This document shows, one piece after another, positions 50,801-64,000 of a stretch of 64,000 nucleotides of DNA. Positions within the stretch are counted from its first letter, which is position 1. Each line of letters begins with the position of its first letter. The notes under the pieces were generated by a model. The model did not search any database. It was not told where the DNA came from and worked only from the letters and a program-made list of their open reading frames with translations. The DNA is from Eledone cirrhosa (lineage: Eukaryota), in assembly GCA_964016885.1 (NCBI GenBank), contig OZ024743.1:94054001-94118000 (forward strand), read 5' to 3'. Both the position numbers and the translations under genes were made by a program.

Positions 50801-53800
50801 AACACATCACAACACTATCAACAGTCACATGACAGTGGCACACATCACAACACTATCAACAGTCACATGACAGTGGCACACATCACAACACTATCAACAG
50901 TCACATGACAGTGGCACACATCACAACACTATCAACAGTCACATGACAGTGGCACATATCACAACACCATCAACAGTCACATGACAGTGGCACACATCAC
51001 AACACTATCAACAGTCACATGACAGTGGCATACATCACAAAACTATCAACAGTCACATGACAGTGGCACACATCACAACACTATCAACAGTCACACAACA
51101 GTGGCACACATCACAACACTATCAACAGTCACATGCCAGTAACACACATTACAACACTATCAACAGTCACATGACAGTAACACACATCACAACACTATCA
51201 ACCATCTCATGACATTAACACACATCACAACACTATCAACAGTCACATGACAGTGGCACACATCACAACACTATCAACAGTCACATGACAGTGGCACATA
51301 TGACAACACTATCAACCGTCTCATGACATTAACACACATCACAACACTATCAACAGTCACATGACAGTGGCACATATCACAACACTATCAACAGTCACAT
51401 TACAGTGGTACACTCACAACACTATCAACAGTCACATTACAGTGGTACACATCACAACACTATCAACAGTCACATGACAGTGGCACACTCACAACACTAT
51501 AAGCAGTCACATGACAGTGGCACACATCACAACACTATCAACAGTCACATGACAGTGGTACATATCACAACACTATCAACAGTCACATTACAGTGGCACA
51601 CATCACAACACTATCAACAGTCACATTACTGTGGCACACATCACAACACTATCAACAGTCACATGACAGTAACACACATCACAACACTATCAACTGTCAC
51701 ATTACAGTGGCACATATCACAACACTATCAACAGTCACATGACAGTGGCACACGCACAACACTATCAAACAGTCACATGACAGTAACACACATCACAACA
51801 CTATCAACAGTCACATTACAGTGGCACACATCACAACACTAGCAACAGTCACATGACAGTGGCACATTTCAAAACACTATCAACCGTCTCATGACATTAA
51901 CACACATCACAACACTATCAACAGTCACATGACAGTGGTACATATCACAACACTATCAACAGTCACATTACAGTGGCACACATCACAACACTATCAACAG
52001 TCACATGACAGTGGCACACATCACAACACTATCAACAGTCACATTACTGTGGCACACATCACAACACTATCAACAGTCACATGACAGTGGCACATTTCAA
52101 AACACTATCAACAGTCACATGACAGTAACACACATCACAACACTATCAACAGTGACATGACAGTGGCACACATCACAACACTATTAACAGTCACATGACA
52201 GTGGGACATATCACAACACCATCAACAGTCACATTACAGTGGCACACGCACAACACTATCAACAGTCACATGACAGTAACACACATCACAACACTATCAA
52301 CAGTCACATGACAGTGGCACACATCACAACATTATCAACAGTCACATTACAGTGGCACACATCACAACACTATCATCAGTCACATGACAGTGGCACACAT
52401 CACAACACTATCAACAGTCACATGACAGTAACACACATCACAACACTATCAACAGTCACATGACAGTGGCACACATCACAACACTATCAACAGTCACATT
52501 ACAGTGGCACACGCACAACACTATCAACAGTCACATGACAGTAACACACATCACAACACTATCAACAGTCACATTACAGTGGCACATATCACAACACTAT
52601 CAACAGTCACATTACAGTGGCACACATCACAACACTATCAACAGTCACATGACAGTGGTACATGCACAACACTATCAACAGCCACATGACAGTAACACAC
52701 ATCACAACACTATCAACAGTCACATGACAGTGGCACACATCACAAGACTATCAACAGTGACATGACACTGGCACACATCACAACACTATCAACAGTCCCA
52801 CAACAGTGGCACACATCACAACACTATCAACAGTCACATGACAGTAACACACATCACAACACTATCAACAGTCACATTACTGTGGCACATATCACAACAC
52901 TATCAACAGTCACTTTACAGTGACACACGTCACAACACTATCAACAGTCACATGACAGTGGCACATATCACAAGACTATCAACAGTCACATGACACTGAC
53001 ATACATCACAACACTATCAACAGTCCCACAACAGTGGCACACATCACAACACTATCAACAGTCACATGACAGTGGCACATATCACAACACTATCAACAGT
53101 CACATTACTGTGGCACATATCACAACACTATCAACAGTCACTTTACAGTGACACACATCACAACACTATCAACAGTCACATGACAGTGGCACATATCACA
53201 ACACTATCAACAGTCACATGACAGTGGCACACATCACAACACTATCAACAGTCACATTACAGTGGCACACATCACAACACTATCAACAGTCACATTACTG
53301 TGGCACACATCACAACACTATCAACAGTCACATGACAGTAACACACATCACAACACTATCAACAGTCACATTACTGTGGCACATATCACAACACTATCAA
53401 CAGTCACTTTACAGTGGCACACATCACAACACTATCAACAGTCACATTACAGTGGCACACATCACAACACTATCAACAGTCACATTACTGTGGCACACAT
53501 CACAACACTATCAACAGTCACATGACAGTAACACACATCACAACACTATCAACAGTCACATGACAGTAACACACATCACAACACTATCAACAGACACATG
53601 ACAGTGGCACACATCACAACACTATCAACAGTCCCACAACAGTGGCACACATCACAACACTATCAACAGTCACATAACAGTAACACACATCACAAAACTA
53701 TCAACAGTCACATGACAGTAACACACATCAAAACACTATCAACAGTCACATGACAGTGGCACATATCACAACACTATCAACCGTCTCATGACATTAACAC

Positions 53801-56800
53801 ACATCACAACACTATCAACAATCACATGACAGTGGCACATATCACAACACTATCAACAGTCACATTACAATAACACACATCACAACACTATCAACTGTCA
53901 CATGACAGTGGGACACATCACAACACTATCAACAGTCACATGACAGTGGCACACATCACAACACTATCAACAGTCACATTACAGTGGCACACATCACAAC
54001 ACTATCAACAGTCACATGACAGTGGCACACGCACAACACTATCAACAGTCACATGACAGTAACACACATCACAACACTATCAACAGTCACATTACAGTGG
54101 CACATATCACAACACTATCAACAGTCACATGACAGTGGGACACATCACAACACTATCAACAGTCACATGACAGTCGCACACTCACAACACTATCAAACAG
54201 TCACATGACAGTAACACACATCACAACACTATCAACAGTCACATGACAGTCGCACACTCACAACACTATCAAACAGTCACATGACAGTAACACACATCAC
54301 AACACTATCAACAGTCACATGACAGTCGCACACTCACAACACTATCAAACAGTCACATGACAGTAACACACATCACAACACTATCAACAGTCACATGACA
54401 GTGGCACATATCACAACACTATCAACAGTCACATGACAGTAACACACATAACAACACTATCAACAGTCACATGACAGTGGCACACTCACAACACTATAAG
54501 CAGTCACATGACAGTGGCACACATCACAACACTATCAACAGTCACATGACAGTGGTACATATCATAACACTATCAACAGTCACTTTACAGTGACACACAT
54601 CACAACACTATCAACAGTCACATTACAGTGGCACACATCACAACTCTATCAACAGTCACATGACAGTGGCACACATCACAACACTATCAACAGTCACATG
54701 ACAGTGGGACACATCACAACACTATCAACAGTCACATGACAGTGGGACACATCACAACACTATCAACAGTCACATTACTGTGGCAAACATCACAACACTA
54801 TCAACAGTCACGTGACAGTGGCACACATCACAACACTATCAAGAGTGACATGACAGTAACACACATCCCAACACTATCAACAGTCACATTACAGTGGCAC
54901 ACATAACAAAACTATCAACAGTCACATGACAGTGGCACACATCACGACACTATCAACAGTCACATGACAGTAACACACATCACAACACTATCAACAGTCA
55001 CATGACAGTAACACACATCACAACACTATCAACAGTCACATTACTGTGGCACACATCACAACACTATCAACAGTCACATTACTGTGGCACACATCACAAC
55101 ACTATCAACAGTCACGTGACAGTGGCACACATCACAACACTATCAATAGTCACATGACCGTAACACACATCCCAACACTATCAACAGTCACATGACAGTG
55201 GCACACATAACACTATCAACAGTCACATGACAGTAACACACATCACAACACTATCAACAGTCACATGACAGTAACACACATCACAACACTATCAACAGTC
55301 ACATGACAGTGTAACACATCACAACACTATCAACAGTCCCACAACAGTGGCACACATCACAACACTATCAACAGTCACATGACAGTAACACACATCACAA
55401 CACTATCAACAGTCACATGACAGTAACACACATCACAACACTATCAACAGTCACATGACAGTGGCACATATCACAACACTATCAACCGTCACATGACAGT
55501 AACACACATCACAACACTATCAACAGTCACATGACAGTGTAACACATCACAACACTATCAACAGTCCCACAACAGTGGCACACATCACAACACTATCAAC
55601 AGTCACATGACAGTAACACACATCACAACACTATCAACAGTCACATAACATTAACACACATCACAACACTATCAACAGTCACATGACAGTGGCACACACC
55701 ACAACACTATCAACAGTCACATGACAGTGGCACATATCACAACACTATCAACCGTCTCATGACATTAACACACATCACAACACTATCAACAGTCACATGA
55801 CAGTGGTACACTCACAACACTATCAACAGTCATATGACAGTAACACACATCACAACACTATCAACTGTCACATTACAGTGGCACATATCACAACACTATC
55901 AACAGTCACATGACAGTAACACACATCACAACACTATCAACAGTCACATGACAGTGGCACACTCACAACACTATAAGCAGTCACATGACAGTGGCACACA
56001 TCACAACACTATCAACAGTCACATTACAGTGGTACACTCACAACACTATCAACAGTCATATGACAGTAACACACATCACAACACTATCAACTGTCACATT
56101 ACAGTGGCACATATCACAACACTATCAACAGTCACATGACAGTAACACACATCACAACACTATCAACAGTCACATGACAGTGGCACACTCACAACACTAT
56201 AAGCAGTCACATGACAGTGGCACACATCACAACACTATCAACAGTCACATGACAGTGGCACACATCACAACACTATCAACAGTCACATTACAGTGGCACA
56301 CTCACAACACTATCAACAGTCACATGACAGTCGCACACTCACAACACTATCAACAGTCACCTGACAGTAACACACATCACAACACTATCAACAGTCACAT
56401 GACAGTGGCACATATCACAACACTATCAACAGTCACATGACAGTGGCACACGCACAACACTATCAACAGTCACATGACAGTAACACATCACAACACTATC
56501 AACAGTCACATTACAGTGGCACACTCACAACACTATCAACAGTCACATGACAGTCGCACACTCACAACACTATCAACAGTCACCTGACAGTAACACACAT
56601 CACAACACTATCAACAGTCACATTACAGTGGCACACATCACAACTCTATCAACAGTCACATGACAGTGGGCACAGATCACAACACTATCAAGTCACATGA
56701 CAGTCGCACACTCGCAACACTATCAACAGTCACATGACAGTAACACACATCACAACACTACCAACAGTCACATGACAGTAACACACATCACAACACTATC

Positions 56801-59800
56801 AACAGTCACATGACAGTGGCACACATCACAACACTATCAACAGTCACATTACAGTGGCACACATCACAACACTATCAACAGTCACATGACAGTGGCACAC
56901 GCACAACACTATCAACAGTCACATGACAGTAACACACATCACAACACTATCAACAGTCACATTACAGTGGCACATATCACAACACTATCAACAGTCACAT
57001 GACAGTGGGACACATCACAACACTATCAACAGTCACATGACAGTCGCACACTCACAACACTATCAGTCACATGACAGTAACACACATCACAACACTATCA
57101 ACAGTCACATGACAGTCGCACACTCACAACACTATCAAACAGTCACATGACAGTAACACACATCACAACACTATCAACAGTCACATGACAGTCGCACACT
57201 CACAACACTATCAAACAGTCACATGACAGTAACACACATCACAACACTATCAACAGTCACATGACAGTGGCACATATCACAACACTATCAACAGTCACAT
57301 GACAGTAACACACATCACAACACTATCAACAGTCACATGACAGTGGCACACTCACAACACTATAAGCAGTCACATGACAGTGGCACACATCACAACACTA
57401 TCAACAGTCACATGACAGTGGTACATATCATAACACTATCAACAGTCACTTTACAGTGACACACATCACAACACTATCAACAGTCACATTACAGTGGCAC
57501 ACATCACAACTCTATCAACAGTCACATGACAGTGGCACACATCACAACACTATCAACAGTCACATGACAGTGGGACACATCACAACACTATCAACAGTCA
57601 CATGACAGTGGGACACATCACAACACTATCAACAGTCACATTACTGTGGCACACATCACAACACTATCAACAGTCACGTGACAGTGGCACACATCACAAC
57701 ACTATCAAGAGTGACATGACAGTAACACACATCCCAACACTATCAACAGTCACATTACAGTGGCACACATAACAAAACTATCAACAGTCACATGACAGTG
57801 GAACACATCACGACACTATCAACAGTCACATGACAGTAACACACATCACAACACTATCAACAGTCACATGACAGTAACACACATCACAACACTATCAACA
57901 GTCACATGACAGTAACACACATCACAACACTATCAACAGTCACATTACTGTGGCACACATCACAACACTATCAACAGTCACGTGACAGTGGCACACATCA
58001 CAACACTATCAATAGTCACATGACCGTAACACACATCCCAACACTATCAACAGTCACATGACAGTGGCACACATCACAACACTATCAACAGTCACATGAC
58101 AGTAACACACATCACAACACTATCAACAGTCACATGACAGTAACACACATCACAACACTATCAACAGTCACATGACAGTGTAACACATCGCAACACTATC
58201 AACAGTCCCACAACAGTGGCACACATCACAACACTATCAACAGTCACATGACAGTAACACACATCACAACACTATCAACAGTCACATGACAGTAACACAC
58301 ATCACAACACTATCAACAGTCACATGACAGTGGCACATATCACAACACTATCAACCGTCACATGACAGTAACACACATCACAACACTATCAACAGTCACA
58401 TGACAGTGTAACATCACAACACTATCAACAGTCCCACAACAGTGGCACACATCACAACACTATCAACAGTCACATGACAGTAACACACATCACAACACTA
58501 TCAACAGTCACATGACATTAACACACATCACAACACTATCAACAGTCACATGACAGTGGCACACACCACAACACTATCAACAGTCACATGACAGTGGCAC
58601 ATATCACAACACTATCAACCGTCTCATGACATTAACACACATCACAACACTATCAACAGTCACATGACAGTGGTACACTCACAACACTATCAACAGTCAT
58701 ATGACAGCAACACACATCACAACACTATCAACTGTCACATTACAGTGGCACATATCACAACACTATCAACAGTCACATGACAGTAACACACATCACAACA
58801 CTATCAACAGTCACATGACAGTGGTACACTCACAACACTATCAACAGTCATATGACAGTAACACACATCACAACACTATCAACTGTCACATTACAGTGGC
58901 ACATATCACAACACTATCAACAGTCACATGACAGTAACACACATCACAACACTATCAACAGTCACATGACAGTGGCACACTCACAACACTATAAGCAGTC
59001 ACATGACAGAGGCACACATCACAACACTATCAACAGTCACATGACAGTGGCACACATCACAACACTATCAACAGTCACATTACAGTGGCACACTCACAAC
59101 ACTATCAACAGTCACATGACAGTCGCACACTCACAACACTATCAACAGTCACCTGACAGTAACACACATCACAACACTATCAACAGTCACATGACAGTGG
59201 CACATATCACAACACTATCAACAGTCACATGACAGTGGCACACGCACAACACTATCAACAGTCACATGACAGTAACACACATCACAACACTATCAACAGT
59301 CACATTACAGTGGCACACTCACAACACTATCAACAGTCACCTGACAGTAACACACATCACAACACTATCAACAGTCACATTACAGTGGCACACATCACAA
59401 CTCTATCAACAGTCACATGACAGTGGCACAGATCACAACACTATCAACAGTCACATGACAGTCGCACACTCACAACACTATCAACAGTCACATGACAGTA
59501 ACACACATCACAACACTACCAACAGTCACATGACAATAACACACATCACAACACTATCAACAGTCACATGACAGTGACACACATCACAACACTATCAACA
59601 GTCACATTACAGTGGCACACTCACAACACTATCAACAGGCACATGACAGTGGCACACATCACAACACTATCAACAGTCACATGACAGTAACACACATCAC
59701 AACACAATCAACAGTCACATGAGAGTGGCACATATCACAACACTATCAACAGTCACATGACAGTGGCACACATTACAACACTATCAACAGTAACATTACA

Positions 59801-62800
59801 GTGGCACAAATCACAACACTATCAACACTCACATGACAGTGGCACACATCACAACACTATCAACAGTCACATGACAGTGGCACACATCACAACACTAGCA
59901 ACAGTCACATGACAGTGGCACACATCACAACACTATCAACAGTCACATTACAGTGGCACACATCACAGCACCATCAACAGTCACATGACAGTAACACACA
60001 TCACAACACTAGCAACAGTCACATGACAGTGGCACACATCACAACACTATCAACAGTCACATGACAGTGGCACACATCACAACACTATCAACAGTCACAT
60101 GACAGTGGGACACATCACAACACTATCAACAGTCACATGACAGTCGCACACTCACAACACTATCAACAGTCACCTGACAGTAACACACATCACAACACTA
60201 TCAACAGTCACATGACAGTGGCACATATCACAACACTATCAACAGTCACATGACAGTGACACACTCACAACACTATCAACAGTCACATGACAGTGGCACA
60301 CATCACAACACTATCAACAGTCACATGACAGTGGGAGACATCACAACACTATCAATAGTCACATGACAGTCGCACACTCACAACACTATCAACAGTCACA
60401 TGACAGTAACACACATCACAACACTATCAACAGTCACATGACAGTAACACACATCACAATACTATCAACAGTCACATGACAGTGGCACACATCACAACAC
60501 TATAAACTGTCACATGACACTAGCACATATCACAACACTATCAACAGTCACATTACAGTTGCACACTCACAACACTATCAACAGTCACATGACAGTGGCA
60601 CACATCACAACACTATCAACAGTCACATGACAGTAACACACATCACAACACTATCAACAGTCACATTACAGTGGCACACATCACAACTCTATCAACAGTC
60701 ACATGACAGTGGCACACATCACAACACTATCAACAGTCACATGACAGTAACACACATCACAACACAATCAACAGTCACATGACAGTGGCACATATCACAA
60801 CACTATCAACAGTCACATTACAGTGGCACACTCACAACACTATCAACAGGCACATGACAGTGGCACACATCACAACACTATCAACAGTCACATGACAGTA
60901 ACACACATCACAACACAATCAACAGTCACATGACAGTGGCACACATCACAACACTATCAACAGTCACATGACAGTGGCACACATCACAACACTATCAACA
61001 GTCACATGACAGTGGGACACATCACAACACTATCAACAGTCACATGACAGTCGCACACTCACAACACTATCAACAGTCACCTGACAGTAACACACATCAC
61101 AACACTATCAACAGTCACATGACAGTGGCACATATCACAACACTATCAACAGTCACATTACAGTGGCACACATCACAACTCTATCAACAGTCACATGACA
61201 GTGGCACATATCACAACACTATCAACAGTCACATGACAGTGGGACACATCACAACACTATCAATAGTCACATGACAGTCGCACACTCACAACACTATCAA
61301 CAGTCACATGACAGTAACACACATCACAACACTATCAACAGTCACATGACAGTAACACACATCACAATACTATCAACAGTCACATGACAGTGGCACACAT
61401 CACAACACTATAAACTGTCACATGACACTAGCACATATCACAACACTATCAACAGTCACATTACAGTTGCACACTCACAACACTATCAACAGTCACATGA
61501 CAGTGGCACACGCACAACACTATCAACAGTCACATGACAGTAACACACATCACAACACTATCAACAGTCACATTACAGTGGCACATATCACAACACTATC
61601 AACAGTCACATGACAGTGGGACACATCACAACACTATCAACAGTCACATGACAGTCGCACACTCACAACACTATCAGTCACATGACAGTAACACACATCA
61701 CAACACTATCAACAGTCACATGACAGTCGCACACTCACAACACTATCAAACAGTCACATGACAGTAACACACATCACAACACTATCAACAGTCACATGAC
61801 AGTCGCACACTCACAACACTATCAAACAGTCACATGACAGTAACACACATCACAACACTATCAACAGTCACATGACAGTGGCACATATCACAACACTATC
61901 AACAGTCACATGACAGTAACACACATCACAACACTATCAACAGTCACATGACAGTGGCACACTCACAACACTATAAGCAGTCACATGACAGTGGCACACA
62001 TCACAACACTATCAACAGTCACATGACAGTGGTACATATCATAACACTATCAACAGTCACTTTACAGTGACACACATCACAACACTATCAACAGTCACAT
62101 TACAGTGGCACACATCACAACTCTATCAACAGTCACATGACAGTGGCACACATCACAACACTATCAACAGTCACATGACAGTGGGACACATCACAACACT
62201 ATCAACAGTCACATGACAGTGGGACACATCACAACACTATCAACAGTCACATTACTGTGGCACACATCACAACACTATCAACAGTCACGTGACAGTGGCA
62301 CACATCACAACACTATCAAGAGTGACATGACAGTAACACACATCCCAACACTATCAACAGTCACATTACAGTGGCACACATAACAAAACTATCAACAGTC
62401 ACATGACAGTGGAACACATCACGACACTATCAACAGTCACATGACAGTAACACACATCACAACACTATCAACAGTCACATGACAGTAACACACATCACAA
62501 CACTATCAACAGTCACATGACAGTAACACACATCACAACACTATCAACAGTCACATTACTGTGGCACACATCACAACACTATCAACAGTCACGTGACAGT
62601 GGCACACATCACAACACTATCAATAGTCACATGACCGTAACACACATCCCAACACTATCAACAGTCACATGACAGTGGCACACATCACAACACTATCAAC
62701 AGTCACATGACAGTAACACACATCACAACACTATCAACAGTCACATGACAGTAACACACATCACAACACTATCAACAGTCACATGACAGTGTAACACATC

Positions 62801-64000
62801 GCAACACTATCAACAGTCCCACAACAGTGGCACACATCACGACACTATCAACAGTCACATGACAGTAACACACATCACAACACTATCAACAGTCACATGA
62901 CAGTAACACACATCACAACACTATCAACAGTCACATGACAGTGGCACATATCACAACACTATCAACCGTCACATGACAGTAACACACATCACAACACTAT
63001 CAACAGTCACATGACAGTGTAACATCACAACACTATCAACAGTCCCACAACAGTGGCACACATCACAACACTATCAACAGTCACATGACAGTAACACACA
63101 TCACAACACTATCAACAGTCACATGACATTAACACACATCACAACACTATCAACAGTCACATGACAGTGGCACACACCACAACACTATCAACAGTCACAT
63201 GACAGTGGCACATATCACAACACTATCAACCGTCTCATGACATTAACACACATCACAACACTATCAACAGTCACATGACAGTGGTACACTCACAACACTA
63301 TCAACAGTCATATGACAGCAACACACATCACAACACTATCAACTGTCACATTACAGTGGCACATATCACAACACTATCAACAGTCACATGACAGTAACAC
63401 ACATCACAACACTATCAACAGTCACATGACAGTGGTACACTCACAACACCATCAACAGTCATATGACAGTAACACACATCACAACACTATCAACTGTCAC
63501 ATTACAGTGGCACATATCACAACACTATCAACAGTCACATGACAGTAACACACATCACAACACTATCAACAGTCACATGACAGTGGCACACTCACAACAC
63601 TATAAGCAGTCACATGACAGAGGCACACATCACAACACTATCAACAGTCACATGACAGTGGCACACATCACAACACTATCAACAGTCACATTACAGTGGC
63701 ACACTCACAACACTATCAACAGTCACATGACAGTCGCACACTCACAACACTATCAACAGTCACCTGACAGTAACACACATCACAACACTATCAACAGTCA
63801 CATGACAGTGGCACATATCACAACACTATCAACAGTCACATGACAGTGGCACACGCACAACACTATCAACAGTCACATGACAGTAACACACATCACAACA
63901 CTATCAACAGTCACATTACAGTGGCACACTCACAACACTATCAACAGTCACCTGACAGTAACACACATCACAACACTATCAACAGTCACATTACAGTGGC
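41890..64000. repeat. 38-bp satellite array (>22 kb, roughly 580 monomers, runs off the window)
   Basis: Consensus ACAGTGGCACACATCACAACACTATCAACAGTCACATG, period 38 (for example 43081 to 43119), with 37/39-bp variants. Degenerate shorter units at 41890-42050. Confidence 0.98.

Noticed and set aside
42495-63843. Many His/Thr/Gln-rich ORFs (HITTLSTVT...) in the ORF track
   Set aside because: They are translations of the 38-bp satellite. The period is not a multiple of 3 and stops are frequent.
41890-64000. CRISPR-like regular repeats
   Set aside because: Contiguous tandem monomers with no unique spacers, no cas genes and a eukaryotic context.

Overview
AT-rich eukaryotic DNA. The RTE LINEs with (GAT)n tails, tRNA-derived SINEs and long microsatellites suggest a coleoid cephalopod such as Octopus (inference). 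Positions 1-41.4 kb hold 14 phase-compatible GT-AG coding exons on the minus strand. They join into one open frame of about 616 codons encoding a PLEKHM1-like protein: RUN domain, low-complexity linker, FEVL LIR-like motif and Rubicon-homology (RH) Cys-rich domain, with no PH domain seen. The first and last exons lie outside the window. The introns carry RTE LINEs whose reverse transcriptase has an inserted PHD-type C4HC3 finger, plus Rex3-like and CR1 fragments, two SINE families, a maT/DD37D transposon, a mariner relic, TTAA-flanked MITEs and fold-back hairpins, some with hammerhead-ribozyme-like cores. From about 41.9 kb to the window end is a >22 kb satellite with a 38-bp monomer and kb-scale higher-order duplications. 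It apparently lies inside an intron of the gene, and its monomer carries GTCACATGAC/GTCACGTGAC, the MiT/TFE M-box/CLEAR motif. All coordinates were read by eye; repeat boundaries are approximate.
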